A stretch of DNA of 62,381 nucleotides from an uncultured Chloroflexia bacterium (GCA_963810095.1 CAWEMM010000005.1:1-62381); one strand, 5' to 3'. Counted from the first letter of the stretch, positions 21,073 through 31,730 are shown. The notes: generated from the letters alone by a model not told the origin. Numbers and translations are program-made.

Positions 21073-23289
21073 ATGGCCCCGGAATATATTGAGATTCACG
21101 GCGCGCGCGAGAACAATCTGAAAAACGTCTCACTGCGCATCCCCAAGCGGAAGATCACGGTGTTTACAGGCGTTTCCGGTTCGGGCAAATCGTCCATCGT
21201 GTTCGATACGATCGCCACCGAGGCGCAACGACAGCTGTACGAAACCTTCAGCATGTTCGTCCGCAACTTCCTCCCGCGCTACGCGCAGCCGGACGCCGAC
21301 GCGATCGAGAACCTGGGCATGGCGATCGCGGTGGACCAGAAGCGCCTCGGCGGCGGCTCACATTCCACCATGGGCACCATTACGGATATCTATACCGTGC
21401 TGCGCCTGTTGTTCTCGCGGGTTGGCGAGCCTTTCGCCGGCTATGCCAACGTCTTTTCGTTCAACGATCCGCAGGGCATGTGCCCCGAATGCAAGGGGCT
21501 TGGCCGCAAGCTGCAGCCCATCATCGAAAAATTCTACGATCCTTCCAAGTCGCTAAACGAGGGTGCAATCCAGGGGCCTGTCTTCGACGAGAGCATTTAC
21601 CGGGCCAGCGGCTTCTTTGACAAAGACAAGAAGCTATCGGAGTTCACCCAGGCAGAGATGGACTTGCTGCTCTATGGCCAGGAGCAGAAATTCAAGCTGG
21701 ACAAAATGAACCGCACCTACCTCGGCGTAATCACAGGTTTCACGCGCTCGTACATCGAGCACGACCTGAAAACACGCTCCGAGAAAACGCAGGAGAAGAT
21801 CGCGCAATACCTCACCGAGGGCCCGTGCCCTGCCTGCAGGGGAGCCCGGCTGAACAAGATCGTGCTGGGCTGCAAGATCAACGGCTATAACATTCACGAC
21901 CTCTCCTCGATGGAAGTGGGCGAACTGATCGGCGTAATCCGAGGCATCCAGAGCCCAGTGGCCAGGCCGCTGGTCGACAACCTGGTCGGGCGGCTGCAGA
22001 ACGTGGTCGACATCGGCCTGGATTACCTGACGCTCAACCGCGAGACCGACACGCTTTCCGGCGGCGAGTCGCAGCGCGTCAAGATTGTCAAGCAGCTCAA
22101 CAGCAGCCTGACGGATGTGATGTACATCTTCGACGAGCCCAGCGTGGGGCTGCACCCGCGCGACGTGCACCAGCTAAATGAAATGCTGCAGAAACTGCGC
22201 GATCGGGGTAACACGGTGCTGGTGGTCGAGCACGACCTCGACGTGATCAAGGTGGCCGACCACATCGTGGATATGGGCCCTCACGCCGGCAGCCAGGGTG
22301 GCGAGATTGTCTACGAAGGCACCTATGCTGGCCTGCTCGAGACGGATACGCTGACCGGCAAGTTCATGAAGCAGGCCATGCCGGTTAAGCAGGAGTTCCG
22401 CCGGGCCAGGGGATACTTGAAGCTGAGCGAGGTAAACACCAATAATCTCAGGAATGTGAGTGTGAACATCCCGGTAGGCGTGCTGACGGTGGTCACCGGC
22501 GTGGCCGGCTCCGGCAAGAGTTCGTTGATCGACGAGGCCTTCGTCCAGCAATTCCCCGAGGCGATCGTGATCGACCAAGCCGCCGTGGGCGTGTCATCGC
22601 GCTCCAACCCGGCGACGTATACTGGCATGATGGACGATGTGCGCAAGGCATTCGCCAAAGCCAACAAGGTCGACGCGGGCCTGTTCAGCTTCAACTCCAA
22701 GGGTGCATGCGAGAACTGCCAGGGCTTGGGCGTGGTATACACGGATCTTTCCTTCTTTGAAACGGTGAAATCGCCCTGCGAGGTCTGCCGCGGCAGGCGT
22801 TTTAAAGACGAGGTGCTGGCCTACAAGCTAAACGGCAGGTCCATCGCCGAGGTGCTGGACATGACCGTTCGAGAGGCGTTGGAATACTTCGACCAGCCCG
22901 AGATTCAGCGCAAGCTGCAGACGATGAGCGACGTAGGACTCGACTATCTGACGCTCGGCCAGCCCCTCAACACGCTCTCGGGCGGTGAGTGCCAGCGCAT
23001 CAAGCTGGCGACCGAGCTGCACAAGGAAGGCAGCATCTACGTGATGGACGAGCCAACGACCGGCATGCACCGGTCGGATACGGCACAGCTGCTCGAGATG
23101 ATCAATAAGCTGGTGGATGGCGGCAACACGGTGATCGTGATCGAGCACAACATGGACGTAGTGCGTAACGCCGACTGGGTCATCGACCTGGGGCCGGAAG
23201 GCGGCAGCCGCGGTGGCCAGGTGATGTTCGAAGGTACGCCGGCGGAACTGAAGCAAACCAAGCACTCGATTACCAGCCGGTACATTTAG
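21073..23289 (+). CDS. UvrA-like ABC ATPase, short class II (UvrA2/DrrC-like)
   Basis: GARENNLKN, GVSGSGKSS, LSGGESQR, DEPSVGLH, second NBD GVAGSGKSS/LSGGECQR; only 738 aa. Confidence 0.9.
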   Translation: MAPEYIEIHGARENNLKNVSLRIPKRKITVFTGVSGSGKSSIVFDTIATEAQRQLYETFSMFVRNFLPRYAQPDADAIENLGMAIAVDQKRLGGGSHSTMGTITDIYTVLRLLFSRVGEPFAGYANVFSFNDPQGMCPECKGLGRKLQPIIEKFYDPSKSLNEGAIQGPVFDESIYRASGFFDKDKKLSEFTQAEMDLLLYGQEQKFKLDKMNRTYLGVITGFTRSYIEHDLKTRSEKTQEKIAQYLTEGPCPACRGARLNKIVLGCKINGYNIHDLSSMEVGELIGVIRGIQSPVARPLVDNLVGRLQNVVDIGLDYLTLNRETDTLSGGESQRVKIVKQLNSSLTDVMYIFDEPSVGLHPRDVHQLNEMLQKLRDRGNTVLVVEHDLDVIKVADHIVDMGPHAGSQGGEIVYEGTYAGLLETDTLTGKFMKQAMPVKQEFRRARGYLKLSEVNTNNLRNVSVNIPVGVLTVVTGVAGSGKSSLIDEAFVQQFPEAIVIDQAAVGVSSRSNPATYTGMMDDVRKAFAKANKVDAGLFSFNSKGACENCQGLGVVYTDLSFFETVKSPCEVCRGRRFKDEVLAYKLNGRSIAEVLDMTVREALEYFDQPEIQRKLQTMSDVGLDYLTLGQPLNTLSGGECQRIKLATELHKEGSIYVMDEPTTGMHRSDTAQLLEMINKLVDGGNTVIVIEHNMDVVRNADWVIDLGPEGGSRGGQVMFEGTPAELKQTKHSITSRYI

Positions 23290-23490
23290 TACCTCATACC
23301 ACAAGCAGGCGATCTCACCTCGTGACAAATAATATGGCAATATCGAAACTAGGTTGACTAAAGGGATACAGCATGATATTGTCGCGGGTGGAGCGGTACC
23401 AGGGCCGTGAGGTGCGGGCGGAGCTGCTCCGCACAGCCGTGGTGGATGCGGTCCGGTTTCGCAGTCCGGTCTCGATCGAACCTTACTCCC

Positions 23491-23567
23491 GCGACCTTCG
23501 GTCGCGCCCCCTCTCCTATCTTCGGATAGGAGAGGGGTAAGGGGCGACGCGGCGTCGCCCCTTACCC
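23491..23567. repeat. REP-like cluster of three hairpins between convergent genes
   Basis: GCGACC-TTC-GGTCGC; CCCTCTCCTATC-TTCG-GATAGGAGAGGG; GGGTAAGGGGCGACGC-G-GCGTCGCCCCTTACCC. Confidence 0.6.
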
Positions 23568-23574
23568 TTGAACA

Positions 23575-23994
23575 TCAGCCCGCCGTCTTCACGGCCGGAC
23601 GGACGACGCTCGCCGCTCCCTCCTGCCGCACGATTGCGCTCGCGCGCAGGGCCAGGGTCAAGCCCAGGGCAAAATCGACCAGGGCAAAGACCGGATGGAA
23701 GGCCGAGATCACCGGCGCATTGGCCCGCAGGAAGATGACCACGTCGGCCTGCAGGATGTACGCGCCAAACAGCAACCAGGTCAGTCGCTTAACCGGGCCG
23801 GGCATCCGGCCCAGGTACATCGTGATCAGCATGAACAGCAGCGGGCCGGCCAGGCTGTGCCCGAGCACGATATGTCCCTCCCAGTTCATGCGCGCCGCAA
23901 CCACCACCATCCCCGCAAGAAAGACCTGCACCGCCACGCCGCCCACGAACAGCCAGGCCAGGACCAGGTAGACGAATCGGGAAGCCCGTACCAT
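23575..23994 (-). CDS. Small membrane protein (DUF6220-like)
   Basis: LAWLFV..VAVQVFLAG...W..H...G...HPV.A; RBS GGAGG. Confidence 0.7.
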   Translation of the reverse strand: MVRASRFVYLVLAWLFVGGVAVQVFLAGMVVVAARMNWEGHIVLGHSLAGPLLFMLITMYLGRMPGPVKRLTWLLFGAYILQADVVIFLRANAPVISAFHPVFALVDFALGLTLALRASAIVRQEGAASVVRPAVKTAG

Positions 23995-24029
23995 AGTCAC
24001 CTCCAATTACTCGTCCGACTCGCCAGTCG

Positions 24030-24847
24030 CTACGCAGACAACGCGACCCGCGGCCTGGCAACCCGCGAAGCAGGTGGCCGATCAGGAAGATGCTCACAGC
24101 CATGATCAGGACTCCCGCCTCCGTCACGAGCTGGTAGCCTTGCAGCGACTGCCCGAACCAGCTAAGGACGGGCACGGCGGCTATCAGCGGCGCGGCACGC
24201 CAGCGTTCGAGGACGGGTCTGCGTAAAGTTGTGAGGCCGAAGCAGCCCAGGCCAACCACCATGGCGCTGACGCCCGCCCCCCAGATGATCCAGGCATTGC
24301 CGGTCACCAGCATCGTCAGGATCCCCCCGAAGAACGCCACCAGCCCGGCAACACCGGCCAGCACCAGGCTGTCCCGGCCAACCGTCCCTGCCGCTGCGCC
24401 GTAGCGAGCGGCCAACCCAAACATCCCGATGCTCAACAGCAGCGTCGATCCCAACTCAACGAGAAAACCGTATTGAAAGATGGCGTCCGTACGGCCGGGC
24501 TCGCCCCAGTAACCCGCTCCCAGGCTGGCGAAGATGTTGCCTACCGCAAAGGCAACCGCGCCGATCATCAGCGCCCAGCCCGCCAGTCGTATCCAGTGCT
24601 CACGCGTCATGTGAGCCAATTCCTTGTAGCGCATTTCCAGCGCCGACTTGAACAGGTCCAGGGTGGTGGCGAACCAGAGCGCGAGAAGCCCAGCGCCCCC
24701 ATCCCTGAGCGCGACCTCCTGGCAAAGGTCGGAAAACACCTGGGCCATTTCGGGCCCGAATCGTTGGCGATGCGTGCGCGGGTAGCAGACCAGCGACGCA
24801 TCGAAGAGGCGTTCCACGAGATGTTGCTGAGAGGGCTGCGCGTCCAT
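24030..24847 (-). CDS. PadR-associated membrane protein (3' end uncertain, probable frameshift)
   Basis: N-terminal CYPRTHRQRFGPEMAQVF motif typical of PadR partners, then multiple TM helices; ORF as read runs on to 23789. Confidence 0.65.
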
Positions 24848-24848
24848 G

Positions 24849-25235
24849 TCAACCTCTCGCGGGGATCGCCCCGGCCAGCCCCTGCGGCAGCACGCGCTTC
24901 TCGCGCGCTACCTGGACCGCCCGCGCCAGCCTTTCCGCCTCTGTCGCGAGCGCGGCCCGCCCACCCGACGTCAGCCGGTAGTAGCGCCGCCGCTCGTCGT
25001 CCACGGCCGGATCCGGCCGCTCGTCCACTTCCACAATCAGACCGGCCAATAGCAGGCGGCTGATGGCCTGGTAGAGCGTGCCGGGCCGCAAGACGATCTG
25101 GCGCTCCGTCCGCTCCTCCACCTCTTTCATGATGGCGTAGCCGTGCTTGTCGCCGTCTGCGAGCGCCAACAGGATGTAAAAGACCGCCGGAGTGAGCGGC
25201 GGCAACCGTTCTGGATCCATCGAAGCTGGCTGCAT
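24849..25235 (-). CDS. PadR-family transcriptional regulator
   Basis: FYILLALADGDKHGYAIMKEV, PGTLYQAISRL, RRRYYRLT. Confidence 0.92.
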   Translation of the reverse strand: MQPASMDPERLPPLTPAVFYILLALADGDKHGYAIMKEVEERTERQIVLRPGTLYQAISRLLLAGLIVEVDERPDPAVDDERRRYYRLTSGGRAALATEAERLARAVQVAREKRVLPQGLAGAIPARG

Positions 25236-25319
25236 GTTCCCTCCGCGAAACGCGAACTGTGTATGCAATGGATATATCCGATGTGGATATAGTCTTATGT
25301 AGCAAAAACTACATTGTCT

Positions 25320-25831
25320 CAATCGGTCGCCTGCTCGATGAACAGCCGCCTGACGGCGGCTGGAACTGCGAGGCGGAAAACGGCTCGACGCGGTCGTCAT
25401 TCAACACGACAATCTGTGTACTGGAAGGCCTCCTCGAATTCGAGCTGGCTGGCGGGAGTCGCGCCGGGGTGAAGGAGGTCCGCCTGCGCGGGGAGGAGTA
25501 CCTGCTCGCGCGTCGCCCGTTCCGGGGGTTGTCAATGGGAGAGGTGATCCATGAGCGCAAGGGCGATCACGACTGGACCCGCTTCGCCTTCCCGACCTGG
25601 TGGGACTACGACGTGCTGCGCGGGCTCGAATACTTGCGCACAACGGGCGTTGCCCCCGATGAGCGTGTGGCCGAGGCGATTGAACTGATGGAATCTAAGC
25701 GGGACTCTGATGGCCGCTGGCCGCTCGAGCGCCAGCACCCCGGCACGATGGCCGTCGAGGTGAATGCGGACGAGGGCCGCCCGAGCCGCTGGAACATGCT
25801 GCGCGATCTGCGGATGTTGAACTGGTATTGA
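25320..25831 (+). pseudogene. C-terminal fragment of a prenyltransferase/squalene-cyclase-repeat hypothetical protein
   Basis: QPPDGGWNCE, SSFNTTICVLEGL, FPTWWDYDVLRGL, GRPSRWN; N-terminus missing. Confidence 0.65.
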
Positions 25832-26021
25832 GCACGAGTCTATCGCGCTCGGCGCTGGAAAGAGACGGGTTGGTCTCAAGGTCACCGCAGCGCGCAGCAG
25901 ATATTTTGCGCCGGCAGATCCGAGAGCCACGCTGCCTGATCCGTCGTACCCCTCCGATCAAGCCGCAAAAATCGCCAGTGAAGACTCAAGGCCGACGAAA
26001 CCGAGCACCTGCAGCAGTTAG

Positions 26022-26444
26022 CTACTCTCGTTTGTCGCCCTTGAAAATCCACTGCACGCCAAATCGATCAAAGAACTGCCCATAGGTTCCGAATGGCACC
26101 TCGTGCAGTTCTTGAAACCATTCCTCGCTTGCACCTTCTGACAGCCTATCAAAAGCCGCCTTCAGCTCGTTGAAGGCTGCGCCTACGACGAATATGGCGA
26201 ATGTGTTGCCCTGTACCGGCTCAAACGCCGGGGACGCCATCCAATCCGTGGCCGAAATCTCGATCGCACCGCTCTTGAGATGAGCATTGATGAGCCGCTC
26301 GTGCTTCTCTGGCGGGAACTGGGCTTTCATGGGTGTGTCGCCAAGCTTCGTAAGCGTCAATTCTCCCCCAAGGCACTGGTGGTAGAAAGTCATCGCCTCA
26401 GCACAGTAACCGTCAAACAAAAGAAACGGCGTACACGACAACAT
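26022..26444 (-). CDS. VOC family protein (PhnB-like)
   Basis: PFLLFDGYCAEAMTFY, FGTYGQFFDRFGVQW. Confidence 0.85.
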   Translation of the reverse strand: MLSCTPFLLFDGYCAEAMTFYHQCLGGELTLTKLGDTPMKAQFPPEKHERLINAHLKSGAIEISATDWMASPAFEPVQGNTFAIFVVGAAFNELKAAFDRLSEGASEEWFQELHEVPFGTYGQFFDRFGVQWIFKGDKRE

Positions 26445-26550
26445 GCTCTCATTCTCCTGCTACAGCCCCTGTTTCCACAGGCGCATCGACGTGCCTCAGC
26501 CCCACTCTCTGGATGAGTTCGTGGGGCAGTTTCCTTGAAGCAACACTCGC

Positions 26551-27048
26551 TCAGACATTATCCTTTTCGTCAGCCTCGCCTCCGCTGACGAGTTCATCCC
26601 AGGACCACTTCGGGATGGACATACCATGCGGGACTTCATCCGCCGAGTCGGGGTAACGAGCCATCGCCGTCGTAGTGGCCCACGCGAAGTAGTCGTGCAG
26701 CACGCCGCGAAGCGGCTCGTCGCGCGCGAGCCCGACATCTTCTAGCGCCCGATCGAAACACGCGATGGCCCGCCGATCCATCTCCTCGTGCTGCCCGTTG
26801 CCGCTGTGCAGCCGCACAACGGAGGTTTCGTCGCCATACCTGTCGGAGTACATCGTCGGCCCTCCGAGTGCCTCTGCCCAATACGCTGCAAGGCGCCTGG
26901 TATGCTGCGGATGGTAACCGTGGCTAAACGCATGGCTGACCACTTCGTCCTGTAGCACCCGGGTATGCCACGCGTTAGCCAGTCTTAGCAGCGCGTCATC
27001 ACCACCTACCGCTGTATAGATCGTTTCCTTAGCTCTATTAACACTCAT
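26551..27048 (-). CDS. Group II truncated hemoglobin-like protein
   Basis: IYTAVGGDDALLRLA, RLAAYWAEALGGP..Y, VVRLH. Confidence 0.8.
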   Translation of the reverse strand: MSVNRAKETIYTAVGGDDALLRLANAWHTRVLQDEVVSHAFSHGYHPQHTRRLAAYWAEALGGPTMYSDRYGDETSVVRLHSGNGQHEEMDRRAIACFDRALEDVGLARDEPLRGVLHDYFAWATTTAMARYPDSADEVPHGMSIPKWSWDELVSGGEADEKDNV

Positions 27049-27206
27049 GGCAGCATTTCCTCTGTTTTCGTTCCTTTGCATGGTTTTCAATCCACCCAAT
27101 CGAATCACTCAGCGGCGGCGTAACGAGTAGCACTCCTGCGCAACAATCCTATACTTCTGTCGACCCAGTGCTTACCCCGAGCGGCGGAGCCGCTCTCCCC
27201 GTCCGT

Positions 27207-28037
27207 TCAGCGCTTGCGCCCTGCGAGATCCTCTGCGTCGAGGAAGGGCGGGATCATCGCCAGCAGCAGGTCGTTCCGGGTACTGACCCCCACGTGCGAG
27301 GTGCCGGGCAGCACGGCCAGCTGCGAGGCGGGCAAGCCGGCCGGAGTGTCGCCGAAGACGCCGCCACCCAGCAGGCGGAACATCTCGACGGCGTGCTCGG
27401 GCCGCACCAGGTCGGAGTCGCCGATGATGATCAGGGTGGGCGCCTTGATCGACTGGATGACTTCGGCGGGGATGTCCTTCGTCCGCCGGTCCATGTCCGT
27501 CTTCTTCACGAACAGCCGGCCGAAGTCCTCGGGCCGCGGGGCGAGCCGCATGTACTCCTCGTGCCACGGCGACCCGTACATCATCTCCGGCGTCATCTCC
27601 CCCAAGTTGTCCATGATGCCCGGATGGACGCCCGCCATGTTGAAGGTGGCCGAGGCGAAGACGAGCTTGCGCACGAGCTGTGGGTGGCGGATGACCGTCT
27701 GCAGCGCCACGGCGGCCCCCATGCTGTAGCCGAACAGGTCGACCTGCTCAAAGCCAAGGTACTTCGCGAGCGCGGCGGTGTCACCCGCCATCGCTTCAAG
27801 GCTCAAGGGCCGGTCGATATCGGCCGTGCGCGCATGCCCCTGCAGCTCGACGCCGACGACGGGCCGGCCGGCGGCGAGCCCCGGGAGGAGCTGTCCGAAG
27901 GAGGTGCCGATGCCCGAAAATGCTCCGTGGAGCAGCACCAGCGGCGAGCCCGCGCCGTCCTCGTTGTGGAGCTCGTAATACATCTGCAACCCGTTAACCG
28001 GCGCGTAGCCGGAACGGCTGAGGGTTTGCGTTTCCAT
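27207..28037 (-). CDS. Alpha/beta hydrolase
   Basis: GYAPVNGLQMYYE, LLHGA, GYSMGA, GDSD, PGTSH. Confidence 0.88.
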   Translation of the reverse strand: METQTLSRSGYAPVNGLQMYYELHNEDGAGSPLVLLHGAFSGIGTSFGQLLPGLAAGRPVVGVELQGHARTADIDRPLSLEAMAGDTAALAKYLGFEQVDLFGYSMGAAVALQTVIRHPQLVRKLVFASATFNMAGVHPGIMDNLGEMTPEMMYGSPWHEEYMRLAPRPEDFGRLFVKKTDMDRRTKDIPAEVIQSIKAPTLIIIGDSDLVRPEHAVEMFRLLGGGVFGDTPAGLPASQLAVLPGTSHVGVSTRNDLLLAMIPPFLDAEDLAGRKR

Positions 28038-28185
28038 GTCCGTCAGTCCTTTCGTGCCGGAGATTGAGCCAGCAGCCGGATGCTCGCGGTCGCGCGTCAT
28101 AAAAGGGTATTAGAGGTCACTTTCGGCCGGGCAACCGTAACTTAAGCTACCATGCAGCCAGTCTTACAAAATCCCTTGCCAGTAC

Positions 28186-28212
28186 TGTCGATTCTCGCCA
28201 CCCTCATCCGAC
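28186..28212 (+). promoter_or_regulatory. ECF42-type promoter candidate
   Basis: TGTCGA-N17-CGAC upstream of the VOC gene; similar sites at 41143-41169 and 44373-44399. Confidence 0.5.
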
Positions 28213-28282
28213 TAGATAGTGCCGGAGCAGAAACAGGATGTATCGAGAAACTCGCGAAAAACCAGTAAAGGAGAGCAAGCTC

Positions 28283-29266
28283 ATGCAAACCATGACGACG
28301 CATCTGTGGTTCGACAAAGAGGCGAGAGAGGCGGCCGAGTTTTATGTGTCGCTATTCCCTCAGTCGAAGATCAGGAGCATCACGACCCTCCACGACACCC
28401 CTTCGGGGTCGGTGGATACGGTGACCTTTGAGCTTCTTGGCCGGGAATTCCAGGCGATCAGCGCCGGCCCGTACTTCAAGTTCAACCCGTCGGTCTCGCT
28501 GCACGTCACCTGCAGGACGGCGGGCGACGTCGACCGGCTGTATGCGCGGCTTGCGGAAGGGGGGATGGCGCTCATGGAACTCGGGGCCTATCCCTTCAGC
28601 GAGAGATACGGCTGGGTGCAGGATAAGTACGGGCTTTCGTGGCAGATGTCCTTCCCCGGCGGAGCGAACGCCAGCGAGAAGATCAGGCCGTTCCTCATGT
28701 TCGTGGGCAGCGTGTACGGCAAGGCGGAAGAGGCGATGCGGTACTGGACCTCCGTGTTCCCCGACTCGAAGGTGGACACGATCGAGCATCGCGGTGAGGG
28801 CGAGGAGCCGGATAAGCCAGGGACGGTCAGGTATGCCGAATTCTCGCTGCTCGGCTATGAGTTTGCGGCGAGCGAGAGCGCGTACGAACACCAATTTGAG
28901 TTCAACGAAGCGATCTCCTTCATGGTGCAATGCGAGACCCAGGAGGAAATCGACCGCTATTGGAACAAGCTGTCCGCCGTGCCGGAAGCGGAGCAATGCG
29001 GCTGGCTGAAAGACAAATATGGCCTCTCGTGGCAGATCGTGCCCAAGGGCATGGAGGAGATGCTCGGCGGCAACGACCGTGAGCGGATCGACCGGGTCAC
29101 GCAGGCGTTCCTGCAGATGAAGAAGATCGATCTGGCCAAGCTACAAGCAGTCTATGAAGGGCATGAGCGGGACTCTGTGCGGGACGAGAGGTCGGGAAAG
29201 GATAGCGCAGTGCAGCGAACCGAGAACCCGGACCTTGAACGTGCCGGGCGCCACGCTGTACTATGA
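28283..29266 (+). CDS. Two-domain VOC protein (3-demethylubiquinone-9 3-methyltransferase-like)
   Basis: THLWFDKEAREAAEFY, GWVQDKYGLSWQ, CGWLKDKYGLSWQIVP; true stop may lie near 29167. Confidence 0.85.
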   Translation: MQTMTTHLWFDKEAREAAEFYVSLFPQSKIRSITTLHDTPSGSVDTVTFELLGREFQAISAGPYFKFNPSVSLHVTCRTAGDVDRLYARLAEGGMALMELGAYPFSERYGWVQDKYGLSWQMSFPGGANASEKIRPFLMFVGSVYGKAEEAMRYWTSVFPDSKVDTIEHRGEGEEPDKPGTVRYAEFSLLGYEFAASESAYEHQFEFNEAISFMVQCETQEEIDRYWNKLSAVPEAEQCGWLKDKYGLSWQIVPKGMEEMLGGNDRERIDRVTQAFLQMKKIDLAKLQAVYEGHERDSVRDERSGKDSAVQRTENPDLERAGRHAVL

Positions 29267-30146
29267 CGTCCGCGAAGCTGAGACCAAGACCACCGCGCCG
29301 GTGCTCCTGATGATCGGGCATCCGATGGACGCCCAAGGGTTCACCACCCTTGCCGGGCATTTCCGCGACCGGACGGTGGTCACCTACGACCCGCGCGGAA
29401 CCGGGCGCAGCGAAGTGACGGACCGCACCCAGGTGCGGACACCCGAGCTGCATGCGGACGACCTGCACCGGTTGATCTCCGCTTTGAATGCCGGGCCGGT
29501 GGACATCTTCGCCAGCAGCGGCGGCGCGATCAACGCGCTCGCGCTGGTGGCGCAGCATCCGGAGGACGTCCATACCCTCGTCGCGCACGAACCGCCGATC
29601 GCGCCGGTGCTGCCGGACCACGAGCAGGCGGAGGCCGCCATCAAGGACATTCGCGCAGACGTACGAGCGCGAGGGCTTGGGGCCGGCGATGGCGAAGTTC
29701 ATCGTTTTCACCAGCCTGCAAGGGCCGGTCCCGGCCGACTACCTGCAGCGGCCGGCGCCGAATCCAGCCGATTTCGGGCTGCCGACCGCGGACGACGGCT
29801 CGCGCGACGATCCACTGCTCGGCGCATCGCTCGTCCCGATCACGCACTACGTTCCCGACTTCAATGCGCTGCAAGCGGCGCCGGCCCGCATCGTGATCGC
29901 GGCCGGGGTCGAATCCGAAGGCACCATGGCGCAGCGCGCCGCGCTCGCCATCGCCGAGCGGCTCAACCAGGAAGCTGTCGATGTTCCCCAGCCACCACGG
30001 CGGGTTCCTTGGGCGGCGAATTCGGCTACAGCGGCGACCCGGATGCGTTCGCCGCCAGGCTGCGGCAGGTGCTTGATGAGGAAGGCGTGCGCGGTGCGGA
30101 CTCAGGGGTACTCAGCAAGGGTTCGATCGCACGGCTAAGGCGATGA
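29210..30146 (+). CDS. Alpha/beta hydrolase, frameshifted
   Basis: VPGATLYYDV, TYDPRG, ASSGGA, VAHEPP; continues in ORF 29488-30138 and then returns to frame. Confidence 0.7.
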
Positions 30147-30428
30147 GCCGCACGTTCGACACGTACGATCGCGACTTCCGGAGCGACTGGGAGACGACTT
30201 ACCGCACAACCGGATACGGTTACGAGCGGTTCCGGCCCGCGTACCAGTACGGGTACAACCTGGCGATGGAGCGGAGGTTCGGCGGGCGCGACATGGGATG
30301 ACATCGAGCGGGACGCGCGCCGCGACTGGGAAATGCAGCACCCGAGTGACGCCTGGCAAGATTTCAAAGGCGCGGTGCGACATGCGTACCAACGCGTGCG
30401 TGAGGATGTGAGGGACGCGCTCGATTGA
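30143..30428 (+). CDS. Small hypothetical protein with one frameshift (absent from the ORF track)
   Basis: MSRTFDTYDRDFRSDWE...RPAYQYGYNLA...GR / WDDIERDARRDWE...WQDFKGAVRHAY...ALD*. Confidence 0.65.
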
Positions 30429-30434
30429 GCTAGC

Positions 30435-30468
30435 GGCGCCTGGGACAGTTCACACTGTCCCAGGCGCC
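30435..30468 (+). terminator. Rho-independent terminator
   Basis: GGCGCCTGGGACAGT-TCAC-ACTGTCCCAGGCGCC then CTTTG, between convergent genes. Confidence 0.65.
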
Positions 30469-30504
30469 CTTTGTGCCGTGAGCCTAGGCCACCCTCACGG
30501 GTGC

Positions 30505-30891
30505 CTAGGCTGAGCGGATCTTTCGGACCAGTTCCGCCAGCACCCTCTCGAGCTCACCACGGTGCATCCTGACCTCGTCCATGCTGGCGAAGTAGGCCAT
30601 ACGCCGGTCTGGGTAGTCACCTTCCAGCAACTGGCTCTCGATCTGTGGCAGCGCCGCGTTGTGGAATACGAGATGGAGGCGGTCCCGAGCGCGCAGGTTG
30701 AACGTCACCAGGTACTGATCTCCGAACCCGAAGGACGGGGCGTTCCACTTGATCTCCTCGGTGATGCCCTCGTCCACACCTTTGATGATTTCGCGTACGG
30801 CCTGCACCTCGGCCTTGAACGGGTGATCCAGGCTCGCCATGAACAGGTCCACGGCGGCCGAGTCCGCCACCGGCGGTCGGAGTTGCGCCAT
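30505..30891 (-). CDS. DUF1801 family protein
   Basis: VDLFMASLDHP, EEIKWNAPSF, LLEGDYPDRRM. Confidence 0.8.
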   Translation of the reverse strand: MAQLRPPVADSAAVDLFMASLDHPFKAEVQAVREIIKGVDEGITEEIKWNAPSFGFGDQYLVTFNLRARDRLHLVFHNAALPQIESQLLEGDYPDRRMAYFASMDEVRMHRGELERVLAELVRKIRSA

Positions 30892-31130
30892 CGTTACGTT
30901 TCTCCTCATTCCGGATGCTTGTCTGGCAGCTTAGCGTGCAGAGGGGAGTCAGCCGGCGCGATCGTTCGGCCCGCGTGGCCGGCGCGTTGTTGATGCCGCT
31001 CTCTGATGCACAGGTGCGACTGTAGCAGAACTCACGAGCTAGAAAGGTAACCTGCTTGACACTTCGTATCAGGCAGGACTTTCCAGCTCTCATGAGTTCG
31101 CCAAGCCCCGTTGCTGAGCCGCTTCCGCCT

Positions 31131-31730
31131 TCAGCTCGTCGCGGTTTTGCCGTCCACATACTGCGCGCTCCAGTCGTAAAGCGCGTGCGCAAGCGCCAGG
31201 TCTTGCGCAGGCTTTGCGAATGGAACGGGCTGGCGCCGGTCGAAGTACTGGCCGTTCGTCCCTGCCAGTTCGGTCGCAGTGGCAAGCCAGACCCGGGCCT
31301 CGACCCCCTGTTCCGGCGTGCTCCAGCCGCGCTTAACCAGCTTAAGGAGAAAGCCCGCTGGTCCCGGCATGTCGCCCAAGGCCGTGCGAACCACGCCCGG
31401 GTGGACCGCATTGACAGTGACGCCTGTCCCGACCAGCTCCTCGGCCAGCACTCGCATTGCCAAGACGCTACACAACTTGGAGGCCGCGTAGGTGCTGACG
31501 CGCCCGAAGTCATGTCCGTAGGGGGTTCGTGCCAGATCGACGCGGCCAGACACGTACATCCCGGCATTGACGTTCACAATCCGGGCCGGGCCGTTCGCTC
31601 GCAGCCGGGGGAGCAGCCGCCTGGAGAGGATGAAAGACGCCAGGTGGTTGACCATGAAGCTCAGCTCGAGCCCTTCGGGTGTGAGAACGCGCCGGGTCAT
31701 CCAGACCCCGGCGTTGTTGACGAGCACCGC
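31131..31730 (-). pseudogene. SDR oxidoreductase lacking its N-terminal Rossmann segment
   Basis: VLVNNAG, VNHL, YAASKL, VHPGVVRT; no TGxxxGIG; cut where the next gene begins. Confidence 0.7.
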
